From: Chthoniobacteraceae bacterium
GTDB lineage: Bacteria; Verrucomicrobiota; Verrucomicrobiia; Chthoniobacterales; Chthoniobacteraceae
Length of the DNA: 27,967 bases
Assembly (NCBI GenBank): GCA_031409335.1
Contig: JANNWY010000224.1
Span: 1-27,967, forward strand
Direction: 5' to 3'
Part shown: in pieces, positions 1 through 9,323 of the stretch
Numbering within the stretch: position 1 is the first letter of the stretch
How the letters are laid out: the number at the start of each line of letters is the position of its first letter
Program-made: the position numbers and the translations under genes
Notes under the pieces: model-generated
Databases searched by the model: none
Told to the model about the DNA's origin: nothing
What the model saw: only the letters and a program-made list of their open reading frames with translations

Positions 1-74
1 GGGCGCCCCGCCCGCAGTTCCTCCGACGGGCGAGGCGCCCGTCCGACAACCGGCAGGCGGGGCGCCTGCGCTAC
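1..74. repeat. REP-like nested palindromic element (right part), lying in frame inside ileS
   Basis: Hairpins ACGGGCG-AGG-CGCCCGT (26-42) and GCAGGCG-GGG-CGCCTGC (53-69), ending in GCTAC. Bases 1-13 are a 12/13 inverted copy of 28-40. Confidence 0.65.
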
Positions 75-775
75 TTCCGCTCATCGACCGCTGGGTCCTC
101 TCGCGGCTGCAGGAAGTGATCGCCGTCTGCACCGAGGCCTACGCCGCGTATGATTTCCGCAAGGTCTTCCAAACGCTGAACCAATTCGTCGCCGTCGAAA
201 TCAGCGCACTCTACGTCGATATCACGAAAGACCGGATGTATTGCGACGCCGCGAATTCCCCGCGCCGCCGCGCCACGCAAACCGTGATGCACGCCGTCTT
301 CGACGCGCTCGCAAAACTGCTCGCGCCGATCCTCGTTTTCACCGCGGATGAAGCGTGGGAATTCGCCGGGAAGAACACGTCGATCCATCTCGAAAGACTG
401 CCCGAAGCCGACGCGAGCCTGCGCGACCCCGCGCTGGGAGCGCACGTTCAGGAACTGCTGAATCTCCGCGGAGTCATCGCGCAAGCCGTCGAGCCCGCGA
501 CACAAGCGAAGCTCATCAGCAAAGCGCTCGAAGCGGCGATCACGCTCGAAATCGCCGATGCCAACCTACTCGCTTCACTCGAAGGCAAGACCAGCGAGCT
601 GGAGGAATTTTTCATCCTCAGCGACCTGACCCTCACCGCAGGCCCCGAGACGAAAGCGAGACTGGTTCCGACGCCGCACGCCAAATGCGCCCGCTGCTGG
701 CGTCACCGCCCCAGCGTCACCAAGATCCCCGCCCACCCCGAACTCTGCGACCGCTGCGCGAGCGTAGTCGGCTAA
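2..775 (+). CDS. ileS: Isoleucine--tRNA ligase, C-terminal part (gene starts before the window)
   Basis: The frame is open from base 2. It shows the anticodon-binding helical domain (LIDRWVLSRL...SALYVDITKDRMYC...LAPILVFTADEAW) and the C-terminal zinc finger CARCW...LCDRC. Confidence 0.95.
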   Translation, partial: GAPPAVPPTGEAPVRQPAGGAPALLPLIDRWVLSRLQEVIAVCTEAYAAYDFRKVFQTLNQFVAVEISALYVDITKDRMYCDAANSPRRRATQTVMHAVFDALAKLLAPILVFTADEAWEFAGKNTSIHLERLPEADASLRDPALGAHVQELLNLRGVIAQAVEPATQAKLISKALEAAITLEIADANLLASLEGKTSELEEFFILSDLTLTAGPETKARLVPTPHAKCARCWRHRPSVTKIPAHPELCDRCASVVG

Positions 776-794
776 CTCCGGCGCGTGCGGAGTC

Positions 795-1139
795 TTAACG
801 TTTCCGCGTCTTCTTCACCGCGGCACGCTCCGCCGCCTCGCACCCTTTCTGCGCCCATTCGCAAAGCATCTCACGATCATCCATCGCCTCCGCGGGCGGC
901 TGCCAGTAAGACATCAGCTTCGTCTCGCCGCGCGTTTCATAGCGAAACGGCAACAGCTTTCGCGCCTCAAACTCCGCCCGGCTCACATCATCCACTTTGA
1001 TGTAAAGCGCATCGTCCGCCACGAGCGCAAACATCCGTTCCCCACGATAAATTCCGAACCCACCAAACATCGCCCGCGCCCGGACATCACCGAGCGGCGC
1101 GAGTTGTTCGAGAAGGTAGGTGATGAATTCGCTAGGCAC
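795..1139 (-). CDS. TfoX/Sxy N-terminal domain protein
   Basis: Motifs ARAMFGGFGIY, MFALVADDALYIKVD and MSYWQPP. GTG at 1139 was chosen as start because the upstream part of the ORF is a repeat element. Confidence 0.88.
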   Translation of the reverse strand: MPSEFITYLLEQLAPLGDVRARAMFGGFGIYRGERMFALVADDALYIKVDDVSRAEFEARKLLPFRYETRGETKLMSYWQPPAEAMDDREMLCEWAQKGCEAAERAAVKKTRKR

Positions 1140-1145
1140 AGGAGC

Positions 1146-1289
1146 AATGAGTAAGGAGTAAGGAGTGAATGAGTAAAGAATAACCCAATTCCCAATGAGT
1201 AAGGCACCGCACATAAATCGCACTCTGCCTCGTTGGGATACTCGTCATTGGACATTCCCTACTCATACACTCCTTACTCCTTACTTATT
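1146..1289. repeat. AT-rich palindromic element with heptamer (GAGTAAG) arms, MITE/REP-like
   Basis: 1146-1175 and 1260-1289 are inverted repeats matching at 28/30 positions. Confidence 0.8.
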
Positions 1290-1313
1290 TCCCATAAAGC
1301 GCGCCCACCGCTG

Positions 1314-2225
1314 TTACTCCAAAAAAACCTTTCCCGCCCGCCGCCGCGCGTGTTTCCCGCCGGGCAAATTCACCTTTGCCACGCGTCCCGCGAGCAGGGA
1401 ACGCACGCGCTCCACTTCTTCAAAACCAATCTCCGCCACGCTTCGCGCGCGCAGCCAAGCCAGCAGCACCCGTCGCTGAATCGTCAATGGAAGCGCCTTC
1501 ATCTCCCTAACCGAAAGCTCCGCCGAATCCGCCAAAGCCAGCTCCGGCAACCCGGCAAGGAACGCATCTTCCTCCCGCAAAATCTCCGCGCTCCGCAGAA
1601 GTGTTCCGCGCACCTCGCGCCCAAATGCCTTCGCCAGCAGCGGCAGGATTTCATGCCGCACGCGATTCCGCGTATGGCGCGGATCGGCATTCGACGCATC
1701 CTCGCAAAACTCCAGCCCATGCTCCGCGACATACCCATCAATCTCCTCCCGCCAAACTCCCAACAACGGTCTGACAATTTCCAAATCCCCGCGCATCGAA
1801 ATCGCCCGCATCGCCCCAAGTCCTGTCGCCCCGCTCCCGCGCAGTAGGTTAAAAAGAAACGTCTCCACCTGATCATCCGCATGATGTGCCAGAAACAAAC
1901 GCCGCACCCCGCGAGCCTTCGCCACCTTCGCAAAAAACGCATATCGCGCCTCGCGCGCCGCCGTCTCGATCGAGCACTTCATCCGCTTCGCCCGCAACGC
2001 GACGTTTTCACGTTTCCCCACAAACTCGCACCCCGCCCCAAGCGCGAGCCTTTCCACAAAACGAGCCTCCTCCCGACTCTCCGCCCGCAGCGCATGATCG
2101 AGATGACAAACCACTAACCGCTGCCCACGCCCCGCCAGCAAATGCAGCAAGGCCACCGAATCCCGCCCGCCCGAAACACCGATCAGCGCAGGCTCATCCG
2201 ATGGCGGGGAATCATTCAGGTTCAT
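1314..2225 (-). CDS. tilS: tRNA(Ile)-lysidine synthetase
   Basis: PP-loop SGGRDS, AAREARY, LAHHADDQVET, RPLL, D.SN....TRNRVRH. Confidence 0.96.
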   Translation of the reverse strand: MNLNDSPPSDEPALIGVSGGRDSVALLHLLAGRGQRLVVCHLDHALRAESREEARFVERLALGAGCEFVGKRENVALRAKRMKCSIETAAREARYAFFAKVAKARGVRRLFLAHHADDQVETFLFNLLRGSGATGLGAMRAISMRGDLEIVRPLLGVWREEIDGYVAEHGLEFCEDASNADPRHTRNRVRHEILPLLAKAFGREVRGTLLRSAEILREEDAFLAGLPELALADSAELSVREMKALPLTIQRRVLLAWLRARSVAEIGFEEVERVRSLLAGRVAKVNLPGGKHARRRAGKVFLE

Positions 2226-2242
2226 CTCAAGGGATTCAGAAC

Positions 2243-2364
2243 CTCGTGACGAAGTTTCACTTGGTAACGCGAATGCGGGCGAAGTTTCACTTAGGTGGCG
2301 TGAGGCTGTGTTTGAAGCATGGCTTCGGGGAAAAGTGCGTTTCCTGGTTCAACTTGGAAGCGAG
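2243..2364. repeat. ~120 bp multi-hairpin REP-like element, copy 1
   Basis: CTCGT...AAGTTTCACTTGGTAACG...GAAGCATGGCTTC...AACTTGGAAGCGAG. Direct repeat of 3044-3164. Confidence 0.8.
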
Positions 2365-2376
2365 CCGGAGACCCAC

Positions 2377-3000
2377 TTATTCAGCGAGAATGGCGAACGT
2401 CTTGATCCAATAGCGAACAGGTTTGATCTCGATCCGGGTAAAGCTCGCGTCACGCAATAGTGTCACGATCTCATCGCCGGTTTTCTGCCAGGATTTGCCC
2501 GCGAGCGACTTCATCCAGCGGTTCGTCTTTTGGGCGAGCGCGATGTAGCGGGAGTTCCGGTCGAATGCGATCAGGACCAGCCGTCCATTCGGTCGAAGCA
2601 CGCGGCGGAACTCTGCCACGGTGCGCGTGGGATTTGGGTAGTGGTGAAACGAGATCAAGTTGACCACCGCATCGAACGCACGGTCTTCGGCGGGGAGTTT
2701 TTCGGCGTCTCCGTGGATGAAAGTGATGCGCGTGTCGCTCATGCGCCGCGCCCGCTCGATCATGGCCATCGAAATGTCCACTCCGAGGACTTGGCGACCG
2801 CTTGCCGCCAGCTTCGCGCTCATCAGCCCGGTGCCACACCCGACATCCAAAACCTTTCGGTGCTCGTGGTCCAAAAGCCGAAGGGTCGCATCGTAAATCG
2901 CACCATTCGTGTAGCGAGCGAGGTTCCAAATCCGCGACCAGCGATCATAGGCGTTGGAGGTAATCTGCTTTGGTTCGTCCAGTCCGTTGATGTGTTGCAT
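2377..3000 (-). CDS. Class I SAM-dependent methyltransferase (UbiE/Methyltransf_11-like)
   Basis: VLDVGCGTG, GVDIS..M, GDAEKLP..D..FD, EFRRVLRPNG. Confidence 0.92.
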   Translation of the reverse strand: MQHINGLDEPKQITSNAYDRWSRIWNLARYTNGAIYDATLRLLDHEHRKVLDVGCGTGLMSAKLAASGRQVLGVDISMAMIERARRMSDTRITFIHGDAEKLPAEDRAFDAVVNLISFHHYPNPTRTVAEFRRVLRPNGRLVLIAFDRNSRYIALAQKTNRWMKSLAGKSWQKTGDEIVTLLRDASFTRIEIKPVRYWIKTFAILAE

Positions 3001-3043
3001 TTGGTTTATCCGATCCTAGTTACCAAGTGATTTGCCTCGTTGC

Positions 3044-3164
3044 CTCGTTACCAAGTTGCACTTGGTAACGCGAATCCTGTCGAAGTTTCACTTCGAGGTG
3101 TCAGGCTGCGTTTGAAGCATAGCTTCGGGGAAAAGTGCGTTTCCAAGTTCAATTTCGGAACAAG
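3044..3164. repeat. ~120 bp multi-hairpin REP-like element, copy 2
   Basis: Shares CACTTGGTAACGCGAAT, CGAAGTTTCACTT and GCTTCGGGGAAAAGTGCGTTTCC with copy 1. A partial extra end, CTAGTTACCAAGT, lies near 3016-3028. Confidence 0.8.
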
Positions 3165-3262
3165 TCGAAAAATGTGGTGTGACCGTGTGTGACACACCAT
3201 CACCGTTGCATCAAATGCGAAGCCGTTTGCCGGACCGTAGAGGCATTTCGATCATTTCGGTA

Positions 3263-3814
3263 TTAGCTCCAATAGACGTAAACGGAAACACGGTGAATCT
3301 CATCGTCCACGCTGACTTCAGCACCCTGAGCCCCGCCGCCGGGTTCAATCTGGAAATGGCGTAAGCCGGGAGCAGGAACATCGGGAATCAGATCACGGGT
3401 GCCAGGCGACTGCCGGAGCCACTGCTCAATGTCGGGTGCCGGGGCGGTGAATGACACGCGGAAGCCACGAGTGAACATGTTGCCAGTAGCAGTGATGGAG
3501 GAAACCTGAGCGGACTCGGGAAATGGAGCGAGGCGTCCCCATGTCAGGATAACGCGAACTATTGACGGTCTCTCGAGTGGCGAGTTCGGCGACACTAACA
3601 AGTAACCGAGTAAAGCGAAACCACAGATCACGTAGAAGGCGCGCTTGATCCAGGTTTTCGCTGGCGTCGTCGTTAGCGACGCAGACGATGGAGACAGAGG
3701 CTCGCTGCCTGTGAACTCGTACCCACACGAACACAGCCACGCATCGGCTGAAGTTTGCGCCGCGCATTTGGGACACGTCTTCATATTCGATGCGACAAGT
3801 CCTCCAACGTTCAT
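3263..3814 (-). CDS. Hypothetical membrane-anchored protein with N-terminal zinc ribbon (alternative start 3784)
   Basis: CPKC...CSCG ribbon and one TM helix (AFYVICGFALLGYLLV). The ATG abuts the serS stop. GC is lower than in neighbouring core genes. Confidence 0.7.
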   Translation of the reverse strand: MNVGGLVASNMKTCPKCAAQTSADAWLCSCGYEFTGSEPLSPSSASLTTTPAKTWIKRAFYVICGFALLGYLLVSPNSPLERPSIVRVILTWGRLAPFPESAQVSSITATGNMFTRGFRVSFTAPAPDIEQWLRQSPGTRDLIPDVPAPGLRHFQIEPGGGAQGAEVSVDDEIHRVSVYVYWS

Positions 3815-5083
3815 TCACCCAAGCCTATCCGCTCCGACATACGGCCTGAGTGGCTCGGGGATTAGCACGCTGCCATCCGTCTGCTGATAAGTCTCCAGCA
3901 GCGCCACATACAGTCGGGGCATCGCGGTGCCGGAGCCATTGAGGGTGTGGCAGTATCTATTTTTACCTTCGGCGTCTTTGAATTTCAGATTCATCCGGCG
4001 GGCTTGGTAGTCGGTGAAATTCGAGCAGCTTGAGACTTCGAGATAGGCATTCTGGCCGGGGGCCCAGACTTCGATGTCGTAGGTTTTCGCCGCGCCGAAG
4101 CCAATGTCGCCGGTGCAGAGTTCGATGATTTGGTAGTGCAGGCCGAGGGTTTGCAGGATGCGTTCGGCGTCGGCGGTGAGGGAGTCGAGTTCGGCGAAGG
4201 AGGTTTCCGGCTCCACGATTTTCACGAGCTCCACTTTGTCGAACTGATGCACGCGGATCATGCCGCGCGTGCCGATGCCGGCGGCTCCGGCTTCGCGGCG
4301 GAAGCAGGGGGTGTAGGCGACGTAGCGTTTCGGCAGATCGGCGGGCGCGAGGATTTCTTCGCGGTGGAAATTCGTCACGGGCACCTCGGCAGTGGGGACG
4401 AGGAAGACGTCGTCCTCGGCGCAGTGATAGAGCTGGTCGCGGAATTTCGGGAGCTGGGTGGTGCCTTCGAGGGCGTCGGCGCGGACGAGCAGCGGCGGGC
4501 TCATTTCGGTGTAACCGTGGTCGCGCGTGTGCAGGTCGAGGCAGTAATTGACGAGCGCCCGGAGCAGCCGCGCGCCCTGGCCGGTGTAGCAGACAAAACC
4601 GCTGCCGCTGATCTTCGTGGCGCGCTCCAGATCGAAGAGCCCGAGCTTCTCGCCGAGTTTTACGTGATCGAGCGGATTCGCGATCTGCGGTTTCTCGCCC
4701 CACGTTTTCACGACGGGATTCTGGCTCGCATCCTCTCCGACCGGCGCGGCGTCGTGCGGCAGATTGGGAATGCCGAGGAGCATCGTGCGCTGCGCGTTTT
4801 CCGAGTCAGTCGCCTCGCGATTCAGCTCGCTGATTTCCTCGCCGATCTTGCGGACGTGCGCCTCGATTTCGCTGGTGTCCTCGCCCTTCGACTTCTTCGC
4901 GCCGATGTCCTTGGAAATGCGTTTGCGATCGCCTTGCAGGCTCTGGAGTTGCGTCTCACGCCGCCGCCGGGCCGCGTCGATTTCGAGCACGGCATCCACT
5001 TGCAAATGCAGTGCGCCGCCGCGTGTCGCGAGGCGCTGTTTTACGTAGTCGGGGTTTTCGCGGATGAGGCGGATGTCGAGCAT
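3815..5083 (-). CDS. serS: Serine--tRNA ligase
   Basis: MLDIRLIRENP, LVPTAEVP, FRREAG, RVHQFDKVE, EVSSCSN, HTLNGSG. Confidence 0.98.
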   Translation of the reverse strand: MLDIRLIRENPDYVKQRLATRGGALHLQVDAVLEIDAARRRRETQLQSLQGDRKRISKDIGAKKSKGEDTSEIEAHVRKIGEEISELNREATDSENAQRTMLLGIPNLPHDAAPVGEDASQNPVVKTWGEKPQIANPLDHVKLGEKLGLFDLERATKISGSGFVCYTGQGARLLRALVNYCLDLHTRDHGYTEMSPPLLVRADALEGTTQLPKFRDQLYHCAEDDVFLVPTAEVPVTNFHREEILAPADLPKRYVAYTPCFRREAGAAGIGTRGMIRVHQFDKVELVKIVEPETSFAELDSLTADAERILQTLGLHYQIIELCTGDIGFGAAKTYDIEVWAPGQNAYLEVSSCSNFTDYQARRMNLKFKDAEGKNRYCHTLNGSGTAMPRLYVALLETYQQTDGSVLIPEPLRPYVGADRLG

Positions 5084-5117
5084 CGGCGCAGACTAAGTGG
5101 CGGGCTCCCCCGCCAAC

Positions 5118-5212
5118 AATCCTGATCTTGATCCTGCTCCTGATCTTGATCCCATTCCGTGGCGCTTCGGAGACGGAGGATCAGGATCAGGAGCAGGATC
5201 AGGATCAGGATT
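5118..5212. repeat. Palindromic hexamer-repeat element (TCCTGA/GATCAG arms)
   Basis: The arm AATCCTGATCTTGATCCTGCTCCTGATCTTGATCC is inverted to GGATCAGGATCAGGAGCAGGATCAGGATCAGGATT. It overlaps the stop codon of the uxaE-like gene. Confidence 0.85.
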
Positions 5213-6257
5213 TCTCTGGCGCGTCAGGCGATTCTGAAATGGTGAGTGCGTCGAGATGTTTGGCGAGCGATTCGGCGAATAGTGCGCGGTGCAGGCTGGC
5301 GTGCTTTTCCAAAACCGCGCGCAGTGCGGGCGCGCCAGCCTGCGAGCGCGCGGAGACGTGCAAGAGCTGGCGTCCGCGCGGGTCGTCGAAAAAGGTGCGC
5401 TCCAATTCCGCGTCGGGGACTTCCGGGAGGAAGCGCACGTCTTCCTCGTTGGTCGAGATCGCCGCACCGACTTTGTCGAAAGCGAAACGCTCCTGCGCGG
5501 CGCGGAGGATTTCCCGAAACAGCGCGGGCTCGGCGCGCGCGATCGTTCGCAGCGCTGCCATCCACGCGAGGCCCGACGTTTTCACATGGAGCAAATCGCC
5601 GCACTCGCGCGCGATGGCTGGCAGCACGGCGAACTTTTCCTCCGCGTGCGAAAAACTGAGCCGGTAATTTCCCGCGAGTCGCGCGACGGCCGCGTGCGCC
5701 GCGACCGCGCGCGCGAACTCCGCGGCATCGCCCTCAAAATCCACCGCCGCCTCGAACCGCCCCGGCCAGCGCAGCGCGAGCGCCGTGAACGCGACGCCGC
5801 GACTGCGCAGACCCATCGCGATGAAGAGATGCTCCAGCGGTGTCGCAGGCTGCGGCGTCCCAGAAAAATCCACCTCGAAATCCCCGCTCATCCCCTCCGC
5901 CAACTCCGCCGCATACGCGATGGCCCAGCCGAATTTCACCGCCGTCCGCGCGAGCGTCTGTTCGTCAAATCTGAGTACCTCACCCTCCGGCATCGGGAAT
6001 TCGCGACCGAGATACGCGCGTTTCCATTCCAGCGAAAGAAACACGCCGTCTTCGATGAGCGCGGCCTGTGCGGCGGCGAGTTCATCCGCGGAAAAAGTGT
6101 CCGCGAGCAGTGCGAAATATTCCGACGGATTCAGCGCCGGCCAGTCACCGGCGACGAGGCGAAAGCCCGCCGACCCGCAAGCTGTCGTCGCGTCCGCGAG
6201 CGGAAGTCCGAGCACGTCATCGAACGCGAAAGTTTTACGAAAAAGCGGTGGATTCAC
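5205..6257 (-). CDS. Tagaturonate/fructuronate epimerase (UxaE) family protein, divergent
   Basis: DFEV...TP...EHLFIA..L, G.FE.AVDFEGD, HVKTSG..W..ALRTIA, D..GRQLLHV resemble UxaE. GTG start at 6257 is inferred. Confidence 0.75.
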   Translation of the reverse strand: MNPPLFRKTFAFDDVLGLPLADATTACGSAGFRLVAGDWPALNPSEYFALLADTFSADELAAAQAALIEDGVFLSLEWKRAYLGREFPMPEGEVLRFDEQTLARTAVKFGWAIAYAAELAEGMSGDFEVDFSGTPQPATPLEHLFIAMGLRSRGVAFTALALRWPGRFEAAVDFEGDAAEFARAVAAHAAVARLAGNYRLSFSHAEEKFAVLPAIARECGDLLHVKTSGLAWMAALRTIARAEPALFREILRAAQERFAFDKVGAAISTNEEDVRFLPEVPDAELERTFFDDPRGRQLLHVSARSQAGAPALRAVLEKHASLHRALFAESLAKHLDALTISESPDAPEKS

Positions 6258-6363
6258 CCGCGCACTATGCGGCACACATCCGCACCTGCAAAGTCCGCTC
6301 CCTGAACGGCTCGTTTCACTGCCGCCTTGCGCCCGCACCCGCCGTTCCTACAATCCGCGCCCC

Positions 6364-7872
6364 ATGTTCTCCGCGCTGCCCCCGATCGACAAACTGCTCA
6401 TCGAGTTTGCCGCGTTCCCGTTCATTTTCCTCGCGCTCTACGGCATTGGACGCTGGCTGAAGCGCCGCCAGCGCGTCGAGCTCGGCGCGATGTATGTGCT
6501 CTTCTGCGTCGCGTTCGCGCTCTGGCTGCCACACGTCCTCTCGCGGCTCGACATGCCGTGGCGCGATGGCGTCGTGAAGCATCTCGGCGCGGCGGCGTTT
6601 TTCCTCGGCGTGATCGTGTTTCTTGCGTTGCTGCGCCGGTATTTTTGGGAGGGTTGGTTTGAAAAACACAGCCAGGTCAAAGCGCCGAAATTTCTCAGCC
6701 AGCTTGTCGGTCTCGTCATCGTCGCCGTCGCGGTGCTCATCGTCATGGGCGCGATTTACGGGCAGTCGATTCAGACCGCGCTCTTCGGCTCCACCGTCGT
6801 CGTCGGTATCATCGGTTTTGCGATGCAGGATTTGCTGGGAAACATTATCGCCGGCATCGCGATCGAAATCGGCAAGCCATTTAAGCCGGGCGACTGGCTC
6901 GTTGTGGAAGGCAAGCACGCCGAAGTCATCGAAGTGAACTGGCGCTCCACGCGGCTGCGCGACAACGACGCGATCTACATCGACATCCCGAACAAAACCA
7001 TCGCCGGCGCGACCATCATCAATCTCACCTTCCCGACGCGCGAGCACGCCATCCGGCTCACCGTCGGCTTCGACTACGGAGTCCCGCCAAATTTTGTGAA
7101 AGACTGCATGGTGCGCGCCGCGCTGACGGCGCCCGGCGTCCTCGCAAAACCCGCGCCTAAAGTATTCCTGAAAGACTTCGCCGACTCCGCGATCCTTTAC
7201 GAAATCAAGTTCTGGCTCGATGACGAATCGCGCTTCAACGACATCGTGGATTCGATCAAAACCAACGTCTGGTACGAGGCCCAGCGCAACGGCATCCGCA
7301 TCCCTTTCCCCATCCGCACCCTGCAAATCGAGAAAACGAAACCCGCAACGCTGCCGGGCATGGAAGCCGCCCGGACATCCGCGCAAAAGCAGCCTTTCCT
7401 CCAGCTCCTCGACTCCGAACAGACGGACAAGCTGCTGCGCGGCGCGCGCCTCCAGCGCTTTGGCCGCGGCGAGCGGGTCATCGAGCAGGGAGCAGGGGGC
7501 GGCTCGATGTTCATGCTGCTGCGAGGGGAGGCAGCGGTAGTCGTGAAGGCGAACGGCACGGAGACGCAGGTGGCGACGCTGCGCGACGGCGATTATTTTG
7601 GCGAAATGTCGCTGCTCACCGGCGAGCCGCGCAGCGCGACCGTGGTGGCGCACACGGATTGCGAGATGTGGGAAATCGGGAAGGAAGTGCTCGGCGAAAT
7701 TTTAGAGGCAAACCACACGCTCGTGGAAAAACTCAGCGACCTGCTGGCAAAGCGCCGGCTCGAAAACGAGGGCCTGCTCGCCAGCGCGCATCCGGCCTCG
7801 GTGATGCAGGAGAAACATCGCGAATACCGCGCGAGCTTTGTCTCGAAGCTGAAATCGTTCTTCGAGCTGTAG
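6364..7872 (+). CDS. MscS-family mechanosensitive channel with C-terminal cyclic-nucleotide-binding domain
   Basis: TM helices, [35 protein letters not shown], then cNMP motif [19 protein letters not shown]. Confidence 0.93.
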   Translation: MFSALPPIDKLLIEFAAFPFIFLALYGIGRWLKRRQRVELGAMYVLFCVAFALWLPHVLSRLDMPWRDGVVKHLGAAAFFLGVIVFLALLRRYFWEGWFEKHSQVKAPKFLSQLVGLVIVAVAVLIVMGAIYGQSIQTALFGSTVVVGIIGFAMQDLLGNIIAGIAIEIGKPFKPGDWLVVEGKHAEVIEVNWRSTRLRDNDAIYIDIPNKTIAGATIINLTFPTREHAIRLTVGFDYGVPPNFVKDCMVRAALTAPGVLAKPAPKVFLKDFADSAILYEIKFWLDDESRFNDIVDSIKTNVWYEAQRNGIRIPFPIRTLQIEKTKPATLPGMEAARTSAQKQPFLQLLDSEQTDKLLRGARLQRFGRGERVIEQGAGGGSMFMLLRGEAAVVVKANGTETQVATLRDGDYFGEMSLLTGEPRSATVVAHTDCEMWEIGKEVLGEILEANHTLVEKLSDLLAKRRLENEGLLASAHPASVMQEKHREYRASFVSKLKSFFEL

Positions 7873-7934
7873 CGCCCGCGCCCGGGAAAATATTTTGTAA
7901 CCTCGCCCTTCCGATCTCTCAGGAAACAGGTGCC

Positions 7935-9323
7935 ATGCAAAATCCAACTCACACCTGCCCGCAGTGCCACTCCCCGATTCCCGCCGACGCCCCCGGCGGG
8001 CTCTGCCCCGCCTGCGTGCTGCTCGGCGTCGCCGGGCCGACGAATCTCTCGCAAGCCTCCGCCGCGAACGCACCCACGATCGAGGAAGTCGCCGCCGCGT
8101 TTCCCGAACTCGAAATCATCGAAATCATCGGCCAGGGCGGCATGGGCATCGTCTTCAAAGCGCGCCAACCGCGGCTCGACCGGCTCGTCGCGTTGAAAAT
8201 CCTCCCGCCCGCGCTCGCCGCGCAGCCGGGCTTCGCCGAGCGCTTCACCCGCGAGGCCCGCGTGCTCGCGCGGCTCGCGCATCCGCACATCGTCGCCATC
8301 TACGATTTCGGGGAAAGCGCGGGCTTCTACTACCTCATCATGGAGTTTGTGAATGGCGTGAATCTCCGCGCCGCGATGCGCGCCGGAGTGAAGCCGGAGC
8401 AGGCGCTGCTGCTCGTGCCGCGCATCTGCGAGGCGCTGCAATTTGCGCACGATCACGGCGTGCTGCATCGCGACATCAAGCCCGAGAACATCCTGCTCGA
8501 TACCCATGGCTCGCCGAAACTCGCGGACTTCGGCATCGCGAAACTCGCCGGCGAGGAAGCCATGAAAACTGGTCTCACCGCGACCGGGGCCGCGCTCGGC
8601 ACCGCCGCCTACATGGCTCCCGAGCAAGTGGAAAAGCCTGCGACCGTCGATCACCGCGCCGACATCTACAGCCTCGGCGTCGTCCTTTACGAAATGCTCA
8701 CCGGCGAATTGCCGCTGGGGCGTTTCGCCGCGCCGTCGGAAAAATCCACGGTCAATCGCGGCGTCGATGACGTGGTGATGCGCGCCTTGGAAAAACAACG
8801 CGAACGCCGCCAGCAAAGCGCGACGGCGATGAAGACGGAAGTCGAGCACGCCTCGGGAGCCAGGGGACAATCGTCGCTGCCGAGCCACAACGCCCCGGTC
8901 GCAGGGTCGCCGGCTCAGGCACCCACACGAGATTCATCCTCGAATATCCACATCCCAATCGTCGCCGCGCTCCACGCGTGCTTCGGAGCCCTCGGGCTCG
9001 TCGCAGCCATCGCGGTTTTGTTCGGCATTGGCTTGCCGACGGGGATCGTCATTTCCCAAGGCGAAACGCAGGCGGCGGGAATCCTCGGCATCATCGCGTT
9101 TTTCATTACCGGGTTCCTGCTGCTCATTTCCCTGCCCGGCATCATCGGGGGCTGGGGCTTGTATCAAGGGCGTCCGTGGGGACGGCTTCTCATCATCATC
9201 CTCGGATTTCTTCAGCTCCTGAACATTCCCTTTGGCACGGCACTCGGGATCTACACGCTCTGGGTGCTTTTCAAAGACGCTCAAACACCGGCGCTTCTTA
9301 ACCAGGCAACTTCCCCGAAGTGA
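7935..9323 (+). CDS. Membrane-anchored Hanks-type Ser/Thr protein kinase with N-terminal zinc ribbon
   Basis: CPQC...[45 protein letters not shown], and C-terminal TM helices. Confidence 0.95.
   Translation: MQNPTHTCPQCHSPIPADAPGGLCPACVLLGVAGPTNLSQASAANAPTIEEVAAAFPELEIIEIIGQGGMGIVFKARQPRLDRLVALKILPPALAAQPGFAERFTREARVLARLAHPHIVAIYDFGESAGFYYLIMEFVNGVNLRAAMRAGVKPEQALLLVPRICEALQFAHDHGVLHRDIKPENILLDTHGSPKLADFGIAKLAGEEAMKTGLTATGAALGTAAYMAPEQVEKPATVDHRADIYSLGVVLYEMLTGELPLGRFAAPSEKSTVNRGVDDVVMRALEKQRERRQQSATAMKTEVEHASGARGQSSLPSHNAPVAGSPAQAPTRDSSSNIHIPIVAALHACFGALGLVAAIAVLFGIGLPTGIVISQGETQAAGILGIIAFFITGFLLLISLPGIIGGWGLYQGRPWGRLLIIILGFLQLLNIPFGTALGIYTLWVLFKDAQTPALLNQATSPK

Noticed and set aside
5785..6363. 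N-terminal extensions given by the ORF track for mscS, kinase, MFS, redoxin, tfoX and antitoxin genes
   Set aside because: The extensions overlap other genes or repeat elements. Downstream starts match the family N-termini.
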